NCBI RefSeq assembly: GCF_009914755.1
Contig: NC_060945.1
Source of the DNA: the human T2T-CHM13v2.0 reference genome, Homo sapiens
Direction: 5' to 3' (one strand)
DNA length: 64,000 bases
In this document: piece after piece, positions 1 to 15,646 of the stretch
How the letters are laid out: the number at the start of each line of letters is the position of its first letter
How positions within the stretch are numbered: the stretch's first letter is position 1
The notes under the pieces: model-generated
What the model saw: the letters and a program-made list of their open reading frames with translations, nothing else
What the model was told of the DNA's origin: nothing
The model's database searches: none
Position numbers and translations under genes: made by a program

Positions 1-186
1 TATCTTAAGAAGAGGTTGTTAACATCTTTGTTTTAGACTATAAACTGTAAAACCGGTTCCTCCCAAAGTTGGTTCCACCTATGCCCAGGGATGGACAAGG
101 AAAGCTTGGGAGCTAGAAACAAAATGGAGTTGTTTGGGTCAGATCTCTTTCACTGTCTCAGTCACAATTTTGCAATTACTGTTTTG
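1..186 (-). mobile_element. LTR8-like ERV1 LTR 5' part, antisense, embedded in ERV internal sequence (continues beyond window start)
   Basis: Minus strand reads ...TTGCAAAATTGTGACTGAGACAGTGAAAGAGATCTGACC...CTCCATTTTGTTTCTAGCTCCCAAGC, matching the recalled LTR8 5' end. Confidence 0.65.
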
Positions 187-1076
<890 letters not shown>

Positions 1077-1719
1077 AGTTTTAGGAATTATTAAGAGATT
1101 ACTTTAGGCAGATAGAGAGGAAAAGGGGTCCTTAGAAATTTTTTGTCTCTTTTAAAGCAGCTCCAGAAACGTTTCTTGTCTAGCAGAAAAGCCCCGGCTC
1201 TTAAGAGCCGGCCGGCAACCTTTGATATCCAAATGCTGACCATTAGAAACTGGGTCCACCCAACATGGTGATTCCCACCGTTGTCCTCTTGCCCTTGCCT
1301 CCACATGTGCCTGGCAACATGGCTGCCCGCCGACATATCCCCACTTTTGTAGAACATCATGGCCCCCTACACTGGCATATTAAAAGGTTAGGGTGGGAGG
1401 GCCAGTTTTTTCGTGGGTGAAGTGAATGACATGCCTGGTCAAACCAATACCCTGAACCCTATACAAATCAGACACAACCTCTTCCAGCCTCCTCATATAA
1501 CTGGCTGATATGCACCGCACATGAGGTCCCCTCTCTTGGCTTTGGAGCCCCTCCTCCTTCGGTCTCTGTAGGGGGAGCTTTTCCTGCTTTCTTCTCCCTT
1601 CTTTGCTGCCTGTTAAACTCTCGGCTTCTTAGAACCACTCCACAGGTGTCCATGTCATTTTATCTAATTTGACATGAGACAAGAACCCTGGTGGTCCTCC
1701 ACTCATCAGAGCTGTATCA
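1077..1719 (+). mobile_element. ERV1 3' LTR, LTR9/MER61 family
   Basis: Follows the PPT; begins (A/T)GTTTTAGGAATTATTAAGAGATTACTTTAGGCAGATAGAGAGGAAAAGGGGTCC and ends ...GCTGTATCA; CCAAT (1444) and TATAA (1496) motifs. Confidence 0.75.
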
Positions 1720-3305
1720 TTGTCATGGGTCTTAAGTTATTTGCATTGGGTTAAAACATGCTCCTTTAGCCTCAGCAAAGTTTATTACCCACCTTCTGAA
1801 GCCTACTTCTGTCAATTTGTCCATCTCATCCTCTGTCCAGTTTGGTGCCCTTGCTAAAGAGGTGTTTCAATCATTAGGAGAAGAAGAGGCATTCTGGCCT
1901 TTGGGTTTTCAGCATTTTTTCATTGGTTCTTTCTCATCTTCATGAGTTTGTCTGGTTTTGATCGCTGAGGCTGCTGACACTTGGGTGTGGTTTTGATTGG
2001 GACTTTTTTCATTGATGCTGTTGTTGCTTTTTGTTTGTTTTTCTTTCAATAGTCAGGTTCCTCTTTTGTAGGGCTGCTGTGGTTTGCTGGGGGATCACTT
2101 CAAGCCCTATTCATCTGGTTCACTTCTGCACCTGGAGTTGTCACCTGAGGAGGCTGGAGAGCATCAAAGATGGGTGCCTCCTCCTTCCTTTGGGATCTCT
2201 GACCTTGAGGGGCAACAAGCTGATGCCAGTAGGAACACTTCTGTATATGGTGTCTGGCGACCTCTGTTGGGGTGTCTCACCCAGTTGGGGCACACAGGAA
2301 CCAGGACCCATTTAACGAAGCACTTTGGCTGTCCTTTGGTGGCGGGGCTGTGCTGTGCTGGGGGGAAATCCACTCATCTGGGCTGCCCAGATTCCTCAGA
2401 GCGAGCAGGAAGAAAGACTAAGTCTGCCAGTCCACAGAGACTACAGTCATCTCTCCTCCTAGGGGCTCAGGCCCACGGAGATCAGAATTCTATCCCTGAG
2501 CCCCTGGATGAAGTTCTTGGAGTTCCTTCAGGAGGGTCCCACCCAGTAAGGAGGGTTGTGCAAGGGTCTGACCTGAACAGGTATTCTGGCAACCATCTGC
2601 CACAGCTGGTGTGATGCACTTTGGGGAATACCTCTTGGGACCAAGCCATCCAGCTTCCCTGGCTCCAGCAGGGTAAAAGCACAGCCTGGAGCTATAGTAA
2701 TGACTGCTACCCCTACCCGAGGAAACTCAGATGGCTGAGAAAGCAGGCTGCAGCAATGATGGCAGCTGCCCCTCCCTTGGGGAGTTCTTGTCTTAGGGCA
2801 CCGCAGCAGTGGCTGCCATTCCTCCCTCAAGGAGCTCAGACAGCTTAGACAACAAACAGCAGCAGCAGTGGTGATGGCCGCCCCTCCGCCTGGGAAATCA
2901 GCAGGCTTAGGCAGATTCCAGTTGAGTGGCTATTGAGAATCTGCATTACTCTGTGGTTGGGAGCCAAGGCCCCCAGGGCATGGGCTCACAAGTGGGATTT
3001 TCTGAACTCTGGGTTGCACAGTTCTGTAGATAAAGCACATTTCCCAGGCTGGGTAGCACGGTCACTCACTGCTTCCCTTGGATCAGGGGAGGGGCTCCCC
3101 TGCCCCATGTGGCTATCAGATGGGCTGAGGCACCACCCTGCTCTTCCTTTCTCTCTGTGTGTCACACCAGCTGCCAAGCCAGTCTTGATGACAGAACCTG
3201 GATGCCTTGGTTGCTGCTGTGGGATTCACATGCTGTTTTGGTTCTTTCTGATGGAAGCCTTTGATTTCCACTGCTTCTAGTTGGCTGTCTTGGCCCAGAC
3301 CCTCC
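1720..3305 (-). mobile_element. L1 5' UTR and start of ORF1, old primate family (L1PA13-16/L1PB-like)
   Basis: Minus strand starts GGAGGGTCTGGGCCAAGACAGCCAACTAGAAGCAG (L1 5' end with decayed YY1 site); GC-richer UTR with repeated monomers at 2700-2910; ORF1-like antisense sequence at 1720-2040. Confidence 0.8.
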
Positions 3306-3339
3306 AATCTTAACTTTCATTATTTCTTCTGTTTCATTC

Positions 3340-4880
3340 TTTGTTTAGCTAGGTCTGTGTTTTTGATATATATACTTTTCCTTTATATCTAGAAAAATTT
3401 CTTTTAATGTTTCTTACATGGCAGGCCTACTTGTGACAAATTTCTTCAGTTTTTGTCTAAGAAACTATTTTTGCTTCACATTTGAAGGATAATTTTCTAG
3501 ATAAAGAATTCTTGGGTTGGTGTATTTTTCTCCTCCCCTGCCTCCTCCTCCTCCTTGTCCTTCCACACTTTAAATGTTTTAATCCACCTGCCTCTTTTTT
3601 TACATGGTTTCTGACAAGAAGTCTCCTGTAATATTATCCTTGTTCTTCTATAGGTAAGGTATTATTTTTCCTTTGGCTTCTTTCAAGATTTTCTCCTCGT
3701 TTTTGGCTTCCCACAATTTTAATGATAACCTAGGTGTAGTTGAGTTTTGCTTGTTTGTTTGTTGTGTGTGTGCGTGTGTTTTGTTTGTTTGTTTTTGTTT
3801 GTTTTAGCATTTTTTCTACTCAGAGATTTTTTGATCTGGGATTGAGTGCCTATTATTAATTTTGAAAATCATCAACCATTTTACATTCAAATTTTTTTTT
3901 CTGCTCTGTTCCTTCTTGATTCTCTTTCTGGTTTTTCAAATATGTCTATGTTAATGTTACACTTTAAAAAAATGTAACAATTCTTGGATGTTCTAGGAGC
4001 CCATCAAGAATATTCTTCATTTCTACTACAGTAATTTTTTTTAAGAGACAAGTTATTGCTGTGTTGTCCTTGAACTACTGATCTCTTGGGCTCAAAGAGA
4101 TTCTTCCACTTCAGCCTCCCTAGTAGCTGAGACTACAAGTGCCTGGCTCAGTGCTTTTTTCATTTCTAGCATATCATTTTGATTGCTTCTTAGAGTTTCC
4201 ATTATTATATTGGAGCCCTGCTGATGGAAGTACAAAGGAGTATTCCACAATCTTATGATTATATCTTAGTCTTTTAAAGGGCCTATGTCCCTGCACTTTG
4301 TGACCTTCACAAATGTTTACTACCTCTTCTGTTCTCTTGGGTGAGACAGAAAGGCAGATGGGGCTAGAATTGGCTAGAATTAGGGGATTTCCCTTCCCCT
4401 AGTTCTGCTAAGGTTCCAGCAAAGTTTCTTCTCCAAAGTTTCCTTTGGAGAGTAGACCTTTGTTATGTAGAGCACTCTGGCCATGTTTCCAAATCATAAC
4501 TTTTCCTTTCCCTGCTAGGAACACAAAGGGATCTTTGCTCTGAGAACTGTTAGAGTTCCTGAGAGTAAAACCCATATAAGTGTGGAGACCCTCTTAAGAC
4601 AGGGTCCCCCAAGAGTTTCTCCTTCTAAAGCTAGTCCACATTTTATCTCCAACAATCAATCAAAATTACCATGTAAATATGTGTAACAGTTTATGGCTTC
4701 TGCAACTCCTGCTCCAAGTAAGTTAATTTCTGCTGTGGTTCTCTGTATTTACCTATCTCTTCAGACCTTGAAATGCTGTTTTTGCCTTGTGGCATTAATT
4801 AAGTTTAAGAACAGTCATTGATTTTCAGTTTTCTTTTTCTTACGTACAGCTGAAAGTGATGATTTCTAAGCTTTTTACCA
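3340..4880 (-). mobile_element. Ancient L1M ORF1/5' region remnant
   Basis: T-rich antisense L1 motifs (CATTTGAAGGATAATTTTC, TCTGACAAGAAGTCTCCTGTAAT, CTTTCAAGATTTTCTC). Boundaries approximate. Confidence 0.55.
4035..4148 (-). mobile_element. FLAM/AluJ monomer fragment
   Basis: T-run, then AGAGAC...CTCTTGGGCTCAAAG...TTCAGCCTCCCTAGTAGCTGAGACTACA. Confidence 0.7.
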
Positions 4881-6352
4881 GAGCTAAAAGTACTTTCTCC
4901 ATTATTTTTAAATACAGAAACCAGAAAATATGCACGCTCTTTTTCCCCTCTAAAATAAGTGCTTTCTCAGAATATGGCATGCTACTGGTTATTATCAAAG
5001 TTTAGAATTGTTATCTTAATAAGTTTTTTCTGTATAATCAAATGAATTATTTCCCTTTTCACAGAAAGTTATTTAATAATGCTTGAAGCTTTCTGAGTAG
5101 ATTTTACTTCTTGTGTGTTATGCTACCTCTAGTGTGGACTTGATGGCTGCCTCTATACTATCCATTTAACCTGCAAACTGAGTATGTAGCAGTCTAGCAT
5201 CATCTCTAGAAATGATTCTGATTTGTCTATAATAGTTAAGTCTATTCCAGTTGGATTAGTTTAGATAATTCAATCAGACAAATCAAAAGATGCTTTCTTT
5301 TCTGGCTATGAAAAAAAAAGTATGTAACTATATTTTTCCTGGAGTAAGCCTGTTGCAGGACAAAATTTAAAAGTAGTGAATGTAAGAGATGAAAAAAAGG
5401 CCAAGAAATTATAAAATTATAATTGCCCATACCACTTCTGAAATTCTCAGTGTCTTAGCAAATACATGTTTTCAAACCCAGTGTTGGATTTTCTTTTACT
5501 AACACGAAACATATTTTTCTGACATAAAGTCTATGTCCTGAAAAAGAATGTAGAGTATAATGAATTGTGGAAACATTTTCCTGATACAAGAATATACCTG
5601 CTTTCTTAGAAAGCCTAAAATATTCAGAAGAATAATTAAAAGAATAAAAAAACTATATGAAAATATAGCAACCAAATTTAAAACACATCTATACTTTAAG
5701 ACCATTTTCCTTAATCTGAAAATGGCATTTGATACTTCATTACTTTTTATTGAATATTTTATTTTAAGCATTTTTCAATGTGATTTCAAAACAGTCATTT
5801 ATGTCACTTGGAAATCTGTTTAATATTTCTCTCTTTGGGTTTGCCATAATTTATGTACCTACAATGGTCATTTTAACAGTATAGGACAGTTAAGTTTGTT
5901 CCTATTTCTTGCTATTATAAATAACTTTGGGCCTTCTTATAGTTTATGTTTTACATCTTGTCTAGAATAGAAAACTGAATTATTGCACAGAATGTGTAAT
6001 AGTGGTTTAACATTCTAGATCTCTATGGGCAAATGACTTTTTGAAATATTTCTGTCAATATCAATATCATCATTGACAAATAAAATGGCTCATCTTGGTG
6101 CATCATTGCTATCACTGAATATTACTGCCTTGAGAAATAGAAATAGATTATCCAACTAGAAAATAAACATTTAAAAAACAAAATAAAAAACAATAACATA
6201 TGACTGAATCTGTATTTCCATTATTGTAAAATTAAATTAAGTGATAATTTTTAAACTAGTCGTCTTTATTTTTATTGTTAGGAGTTGCCTATATTCTTTT
6301 AATGTGTTTAGTTAGATTTTAATAGAAAATTACTCAATTATATTCTTTATAA

Positions 6353-6660
<308 letters not shown>

Positions 6661-7637
6661 TATAGTCTTTTAAAAATGTACTTAACAAACGTACTAAAAC
6701 TTGGTCATATTTATTAAAAACTTTTTGTTGCTAATTTGCTTTTAAATTATTTTTAAATCATTTTTAGAACTTTCATCAGAAATGTAATAATTTTTTTTAG
6801 AAAGCTTGAACAATGTTGAGAATCACATAGATTCGGTAATCTTAATGTCAGAGGAAATATTTTATTGTTATTAATGGTATAATTATGTACATTATTTATA
6901 GGATATTAGTCGTTAATATGTTGTGAATATTTGTTATGACATATATACAGTTATTTTTTAGTGGCAACATAAATTCTATTTTTTGTTGGCTATTTCATGA
7001 TATGGGATAGACAATTTCTGTATTATTACTGCTTTTCCAATTTTGAGTAGTCTCTAATTTTTTATGATTTAATTTAATGGATATCTTTTTAGATAAAAAT
7101 TTGTACAGATTAATTATTTTAGCCTGTGGATACATTGCCAGAAACTGACTTGGTTAATTGAGGATTAAAAGATAGCTACAAATGTTACATTCATGTTATG
7201 CTGTAAAAACTATGAACTGTTTACCTTTCTAGTAGTGTTTTAGAATTCCTGTTTCCCCAAAACCTAACCCCACATTAAAGATTAGATTTTTAAATTTTTT
7301 AAGTAGAAGCTATTATCATTTTTGTTTTTTTTTATTTATTTGATGCTGAAGGGTTTTAAATATGTTTTTAGCTATTTTCTTTTTCTGTGTATACGGAAGT
7401 ATACAAATTACTGGCTTATGCCTTTTTTACTATTAGACTATTAATAACTACAAGGACTATTACTATCATATGTATATATATATATCTAAATTATCTGTAT
7501 CTATCAATATCAATATAGAAACGTACTTTGTAGACAATTCTATTTTACTTTCTTTGTTATTGTCCACTTTTGCTCAAAAATTTTTAAAATGTCTTAATTT
7601 TAAAGTAAAGCGCAGACACAGAAAACTGTACAAAACT

Positions 7638-7660
7638 TGTGTGTGTGTGTGTGTGTGTGT
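7638..7660. repeat. (TG)n microsatellite
   Basis: Directly visible, about 11 units. Confidence 0.9.
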
Positions 7661-7939
7661 ATACATGTTTTGTAATATAACAACCAAATATATGTCTTCA
7701 TAAATTACTAGAGGTGAATCTAGTTTCCGCCAAACTTCCAGAAATTCTCTCACCCCTATTAGCTTATAAACATTATACAATTTGTAATAGTAATCACTCT
7801 TATTTTTATTATTCAATAGTTTAAAGATCCTTATGTGTTTTCTTATAAAATTTACTATTTTTCATTTACAAAATTAAAAAGAATATATATATATATCTTT
7901 TGCTATGTAGTTCTCTCCCATCCAACCATTTCTTCATTA

Positions 7940-9130
7940 TTTGTCTGTTTATTAACCTGAAGCATTTGACTTGTAGAGTTTTCTAAAGTGTGAATTCTAT
8001 TGATTTCATAACAATGGTACAGTTCAATATGTTCCATTGTCCTCTGTATTTTCTAAAAGTAGACAGTACCATCCAGAGACTGAATCAAACTTACATTAGA
8101 TTCCTTCAGTATGGCTATATGTGGTTAGCAAGACAATAAGGCACACACCATCTGGTCGTCTCTCGTTTTTTACTGTTAACATTGCTATCTATATATGACC
8201 TATATCTGGTAATCAAATAGGGATTGGTAAATAATAATATTCCATTGCTATCACTTCTTTTTCCTTTATTATTTGAAATGCTTTTAAAATAAGACACTTT
8301 TACTCACCTATTATTTTCTACCAGTGGAACCATTTATGAAGAAAGGCCAGGATGTTTGATTCTTTTGCATTATTGATCATTTTTGTGAATAAAGCAATGA
8401 TTTTTCTAACATCTTCCACAATTAGCCAATCTTTTTTTCTAGTATTTTAAAGAAATAATAGATTCATATGTATGTTCGAGGACCCAATTCATTGCAGTTT
8501 TTATTGTTATTGAAGTAGAGAGTGAACCACATTCAGCCAGTTGGGAATTTGAAGAGTCAGTTCCTAACTCTTTTTGAAATGTCAGTTGCCTTGATAATTT
8601 ACTTGCTACTTGGAATGGCAACATGTTCTAGCCTCACCATATATATTTTCTGCCCCAGATCTGGAACTATCTATTTCAATCAGAATCCCTGATTTTAAAA
8701 AAAATTCTGAATAGGAATTCAAGACACAATCAAGGAATTGCTCATCTTGTAGTATTTTTCAGTAGAATTAGAAAATAAATGTAAGATCAAATACCTCAGC
8801 AGTTGTTATTGACGTTCCTCTGTAAAGACTACAGATATTTACTTAACTTCTTCTCTATTACTTCTCTATTTTCTTTCTTCCCCTGAAAATTGTTGTTCTA
8901 AAGGACAAAGGCGATGGCAGAATTTGAACATCATTCAATTATCCTTTCTATTTTGTTTGGCATTACACACACACAACAACAATCTCAGAGAAGCAATATA
9001 TATAGTTGCTGTCTTAAGTAATTACTGAAAATATTTTTAAAGTTTTGCATTGTTCTTTTAATTCTCTCTCATTTCTATGGTTGTACTATATTTTCATTTC
9101 CTGAGCTTATAGCCATTATATAACTCTCTC
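7940..9130 (-). mobile_element. L1MC-type 3' region remnant
   Basis: Motifs such as TGTTCTAGCCTCACCATATATATTTTCTGCCCCAGATCTGGAAC resemble L1MC4/5 antisense. Boundaries approximate. Confidence 0.5.
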
Positions 9131-12100
9131 TCCTTTCCTTTAACTCTGTTGTCTCTCTTATGCTTAATTATAATTCAACTCATATTCCTGCTTAATATGG
9201 AGCTATGTTATAGAAGAGAGATCTGGAGGTATATTTTAAAACAATTTTAGGAGCTAGATCCTCTTCAGTCCTTCTTTTCCAAGATTATCAATATTATAGA
9301 GGACAAAACACCTCAGTTTTGGCTCTTCTCAAATTGCTCCCATGTGTTTTCCAGTGAGTACTTTGGATATATTGGTATTTTCTATACAAGTTTGTCAGAC
9401 AGCAACTCTCATTTTTATTTCCTCAGATAACAGTAATATGCAAGACTTATTGGTCATTTGGTTTGTTACTGACTCACTTGTATTTTAAGGTCCTGTGATA
9501 TCTTTTGAACCTACTTTTATTAATATTATTATTGTATCAGATATCAACTCTTGTATTTTATTTCTCAGATATGACTCAATGGATATATGATAGCCTATAA
9601 AACATAGGTGGTTAAAAATATTACTAATGATAACACAATCTATTTCTAAAAGAAATTTTTTTCATCCTGAGCTCCATTGAGTTTATCTGTCTATATCTAG
9701 ATCTATACCTATATCTATGATATAAACAGTGATTTCTCAAAATTCTTACCCATCCATAATTGCCATTTCGTCTGTTGTTGAGAGATAGGATTCCTATCTC
9801 TTGATATTTGGAGACTTGATTTAAAAGAAAAATCTCAATTATTTTCTCACATTTTGGTAGAAGTTGCCTTTTTTGTGATGAACAAAATTTATATTTTCTA
9901 GATAAATTGTGATGACATCTTTATTAAGTCTAGAAAAGTTCATGAAGATTGAAATACCAATGAAAATAATTACTGATATTTCATATGTACATAACTTAAA
10001 ATGTAAATGACAATATAGTATTTATTTGATTGCTAAAATTATGTTTGAATTAAAAAATTATGCTTAATTAAAGTGATACATTTTTATCAACAGGTCCTTA
10101 TTTAGGGGCAAATATATTTCCAGTGCTTCATGGGAGCCTAATGTATGCTGTCATAACTTGATTGTGAATAAAATTATGTGGCATTTGATTCAGGAAAGGC
10201 AAAGTGAATTAGCCAAAATAATTTGAAAAACTAGTGAGGGGAAAATGTAACACTTGAACCAAGGAAGGCTTATTAATGCACTTTTGGTGTGAAAGTTGAA
10301 GACTCTATGAGCTGAGTCTATATATTTGAACCCAGCAACTAACTGTTATAAAGATTCTATCCTATTTTTGCTGCTACAATATTAACCACAACGTGGAGAA
10401 TGTTTATAGCATGTCCTGTGCACACTTGTCTCTTATCACTCAATCAAGGACCACTTTTCTCAAATTAAATTTTTATTCTTCATAACCGTCCTTATGCATA
10501 AAAATAGAATATCAATAGAAAAACTTAAAGTATGCATAATCTCTATGCTTATTCCTCATGTAACTAAATTGTTCTTCATAGATCTACATAGTGTTAATGA
10601 CATGAGAAAATTAAAAAAATACACATGTAATTATTGCCATTTTGATTATTTTGGTATGACAATTCAAGTTTATAGGCTAACTTTACTTTTTCTAAAAAAC
10701 ACCTTCTTACAGACATTAACTAAATCCCAGTCTCAAACATAGTATTTTGTCCTTTGTTATATCCTGTATTCTTCACTAAACCTCTGTAGAAATGGTGAAA
10801 AGACATGATAACACCAGCACACTCTAGGGGTCTTATAGATTTGCATAAACCAGATTATAGAGAACAATTACCTAAAAGGATAAATGTGCCTGGATAAAGC
10901 ACTGAGCTGGGAGTTTCAAGGCTGAGATTCCCATTGTCTGTCAGCTACTTGGTTTTGCTACTTATTTTTCCAACTTTTTTTTTTCTGTGAAATTATTTTT
11001 TCCTGAAGTTTTAAAATAAAGTGGGCTTCAGGAAAGTTTTATAGTTTTTCAAATTTATCTTTTCTGTTGTTTTTGTATAGTGTTCAAGATTATGTAACTT
11101 GTTTTCTTAGATTTTCCAGCTGTGTTTAACTCTCTACTTTAATCTAAATCTTCTTTTCTTTTAACTCTTGTCTTCATTCTGCTCAATTATGATACAATTC
11201 TCATAATTTCTCCTTAGTATGGAACTCTGTTCTAGAAGAAAGACCTGAAGGGACATTTTTTAAAAGTTCTTAGTGACCAGACCACTCTATCCTCTTCAGT
11301 TTTGTTTTTTGTTTTGTTTTTGTTTTTGTTTTTCCCCAAACTAACCAATATTATAGAGGGGGAAGCCTCTCTTCATTTTAGCTGCTCTCCACAACTACCT
11401 GATGTTTAGGCTCAAATTTTCACCTAAAGTTGGACAGGAGATTTGAAGTGACTTGGAGATTGATCCAGGAAAAAGCTATGACTATAGGAGGCAGTAACAC
11501 ATGATGAGTTTTACTGGGAAGTGCTTGAACAAAATTGCAAGAGGGGGTAAGCCCCTTACAATGAGAAATTGTCCAGAGGGTTACAGTGAGAAGATCACTC
11601 CAGACAGAGCGAAGGTTAGGGGAACTCCCAGACAAAAAGGGACTCTGAGAGGGCCTTACCTGTCTAGGTGATGTCAATCAGCTGCACGATGGGAAATCTC
11701 TAGGTCTGAGAGTCTTAAAAGGCCACGAACCTAAGGCCTTAGAACAACAAGACCCTATCATGTTAGTGGCTGGAAGATTCAGACTGAAGTGTCAGGCAAA
11801 GCAGACAGTCTCTAAATGGCTAAACATATGCTTTTCTGGACTATTTTAAGGTAAATATATTGTGAATTTGGTGCTGGATGACTTTGGAACTAATGTATCT
11901 TAGCCAAAAGTGAAGGCATACAAAACCTAGGGACCAGTAGAGAGGCCATCTTTGGCTTATTAATATAACAAAGCGGAATAATAATTATTGTCACATACTG
12001 CCACATGAGTGTTGGAGGAATTAATGAGATAATACTTGAAAAGCTTTTTGGAGTCCTTCTCAAGAAAGGTAATTTGTTAATATAAAACTGACTATTAATA

Positions 12101-12559
12101 CAGCAAGAAGCCTTTTCCCAAAGTAGCTTACACACAATCACTGCTGGGTGTATTCACTGCAACAGAAATGAGCTGCTCATGGAGATTATAAACATTCACA
12201 TTATTCCTTTAGATTTTATTGCAAGGGCATTCGTTTACATATTAAAAAGCTTTAGGAATATTCTTAAGACATCAATTTAAAGCATGGTTTGAGTAGAATT
12301 ATAAAATGAACATTTGGATTTGAGTACAATTGTATAAATGATTAGTTTTTCAAGGATTATTTGTATTTAAATGTCTTGTTATATATAAAATGAGGAAAAT
12401 ATTCTTAATATTTCAAAATATGAAACTGAATTAAATATTGTGTTTTCACATATATCTAAATTGAAGCTATACAATTTAATATATATCTAAATCTGTGACT
12501 ATCATCCCTTTGGGGGAATATATTTTCCTTAACATTTGATAATAAGAGAATTCAGTCTT

Positions 12560-12925
12560 TGATATGGTTTGGTTCTGTGATCCCACCCAAATCTCAATTT
12601 GTAGTTCCCATAATTCTCACATGTTGTGGGAGGGACCTGATCACAGATAATTGAGTCATGGGTATGGGTCTTTCCCTTGCTGTTCTCGTGATAGTGAACG
12701 GGTCTCATGAGATCTGATAGTTTTAAAAATGAGAGTGTCCCCACACAAGCTCTTTCTTTGCCTGCTGCCATCCACATAAGATGTGACTTGCTCCTCCTTG
12801 CCTTCCACCATGACTGTGAGGCCTCCCCAGCCATGTGGAACTGTAAGTCCAATAAACCTCTTTCTTTTGCCAATTACCCAGTCTCATGTATTTCTTTATC
12901 AGCAGTGTGAAAATGGACTAAATCA
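12560..12925 (+). mobile_element. THE1B-type MaLR solo LTR
   Basis: TGATATGGTTTGG...CCAATAAACCTC...GGACTAAATCA; 5-bp TSD GTCTT at 12555-12559 and 12926-12930. Confidence 0.92.
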
Positions 12926-15292
12926 GTCTTCATATAAATAAATCATACATTAGAAAGTGTGTATGTGTGTGTGTTTGTGTTTCTAACCAACTTTCTCTAA
13001 TTCTTGTTTTTAAGAGTTAAGCTTTGTAGTATTATATTATTATAAATTGGAAGAAAATTCTCTCTCTCATATTCAGTGAGATTTATTGTGCAAATTTAAA
13101 GATTTATGTTTAGTACACAGGGGCAACAGAAGTAGCATGGCTAGTAAGTGCACTTTTATATAATTTATTTACATTTATGTAGTTAATGTGAACATAGAAT
13201 GAGTGAAAAGATAATTTAAATAATCCCACATTTTTATAAGCTATATATAATATATATTTATTATTGACTATTTTAAGTAGAAAGTTATTATTATAAATGA
13301 CAGTTAATGCTGTATTTCTAATTTTTACACAATTCATCCTAAAATAGTGGGTATATGAAGAGAGGAGCAAACATCAAGCTGAAAAAAGATGAGTGAAAAT
13401 TGTATACTTAGATCCAGTTGATAATTGTATAGGCCCTGTTTATTAGTTATTTACCATAGATGTTAGCTTTCCACTTTCTGTTTTTCACTAGATCTGTGAG
13501 CATCCTACATATTTTCATGCTGTATTCCTGAGAAAGATTAACAGGAAAATGGGCACTATTTGTACCTGTTTGGATTCTCTACACTAAATCTACGTTTGCC
13601 TGAGATTTTGGCCTACTTATCTTTAAACCTGGTGATCAAGCTTTAAATGATAATTAGTATCAAAATTCTCTATTGCCATAAATACAGATATAATATTAGG
13701 AAATTAATAAAAGGAATTGAATTAAATATTTAAAGAGTTTTTTCTGAATTCTTACTGAACAATTAAACATATACTTCAGTAATGAAAATAACTAGATAGT
13801 AACCAGATGAAAACATCTAAAATCATTCTGAATAGTCAAATTAATGAATGATGGTTAACATAATGATAAAGATGGAATGAATTTTTTCTTATGTATATTT
13901 TTAATCAACACAATGATTTATAATGAGCAACACTCAGAGTTGGCTGCCCCAGTGGAATCTGGGGACACAAATAATGAAGAGCTGAAGAAAAAGATTCAAG
14001 AAGATCTGAGGTGGTATCTTGTAAGTGTCTTATACAATCCAGGTTTGTCCATTCAGATCTGTTTGTGTCCTTATGATCATGCTTCTTTCTAACTCTACAG
14101 AGCCTTTGAATTTTGTGTGAATAATATGCCTTTACTTCTTACCTGAGACATAGGCATACAAATCCAATTAAGCATGCAAGTTCCTTCAAGTTGGTGACCA
14201 GTCACAATTTTAAGAGGATTAGTGGAACTCACTACAGTCTTCTTTGCTGCAGCTCTTCTCAAGACCCTGATAGTCATAACACTCTTCCACAACCTATTTA
14301 AGGCCTCCTTTACTTTCACCCAGAATTTCTGTTGCTCTGAGCTGCTTGACTGGTGATATGACATCATCCTTGAGAGGTTTGTACTGTTAGCTACCTTGCC
14401 TTGTTAACAAATGTTGGCTGCAACTTATCATTTTCCATTCTTTCTGGGCATGACTATATCAATAAATGCCTCGGAAGGTTTCTAAGGTCCAGAAATGCTT
14501 CTTCCTTTCCTCACTGTGTACAGAAAACTATAGCACACTTTGGTAAACAGAGTTCATTGCCCAATCATTTTGTAGATCTTTTCTTTTTCTTCTGGTTCCT
14601 TTGAGGAAGCCAACATGGCGAAAAGGTAAATTCTACTCCTATTTTAGCATAACTCACAATGATTCTCTTGAGGGAAGTGTTCTTCTCTTAGGAACCGAGA
14701 CCTTGAACCTGGCAGTGTATAGAATTGAAAAGATGTGAAGCACACACTAAAATGATGATGATGGCTTTTAGATCTATTGATATAGTGAGTCACAGCTGTT
14801 GGGGCACACACAGCACTATATATCTGCTCTTGAATCAGCACATCAAGCACATGCTGGAGACGATGCCTCAACCCTGCAGGCTGTTTTGTTCATGCTGGCT
14901 CCATAGAAGACACTTTAACTGTCCTTACACTGTTCTTACCAGACTGACTCGTTTTAGGACACATTATAAGACATACATATATGTGTTTGTATGTATACAG
15001 ACATTAAGATATGTTAATTTGTATATAATAATAGTTAATAATAATATACAAATTAGTGTGATATATATCACACATATTCACTAATTTATGTCATTATTTA
15101 TTACAATTATTATTATATATTATATTATATATTAATATATATATAAACCCTTGAAGTTATTTCATCATTATTATACCACTTTTTGGTCATAAAATCTATC
15201 CTCTTCTCTGAAGTGGTGTCATTTGTGAGACACTGCATAAACAAATCATTCTTGAGCCTTAGATAGTGGGGAATGTGGAGGCATTGCATGAG

Positions 15293-15646
15293 TGTCTTAG
15301 TTTGGGCTGCTATAACAGGATACCATGGATTGGGTGGGTGGCTTAAACCACAAACATGTATTTCTCATGTTCTGCAATATGGAACCAAGATCAGGTTTTT
15401 GGTGAGGGCTTTCATCTTGGTTTACAGATAGCTGTCTTCTCACTATATCCTCAGGTGGCACAGAGAGAGAGCTCTGATTCTTTCATCTCCTTATAAGGGC
15501 ACCAATCCCAACATGGGGGCCCTACCACAATGGCCTCATCTAAATCTAATTATCTTGCAAGGGCTTAACCTACAAATATCATCATATTGGAGATTAAGGC
15601 TTCAATATATGAATTTTATGGGGAAACAGACATTCAGTCTATAGCA
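15293..15646 (-). mobile_element. MLT1A-type MaLR solo LTR
   Basis: TGTCTTAGTTTGGGCTGCTATAACA...CATTCAGTCTATAGCA, the typical MLT1A antisense termini. Confidence 0.85.

Noticed and set aside
2031-3307. Dense cluster of ORFs up to 176 aa
   Set aside because: They lie in the GC-richer L1 5' UTR, overlap in several frames and resemble no known protein.
11400-11800. Possible 3' LTR of the ERVL provirus
   Set aside because: Only vague LTR-like composition; I could not align it to 20887-21400 by eye.
13877-14092. Coding-looking stretch (ESGDTNNEELKKKIQEDLR) followed by GTAAGT
   Set aside because: No recognisable homologue, no convincing acceptor and no partner exons; cannot be supported without RNA data.
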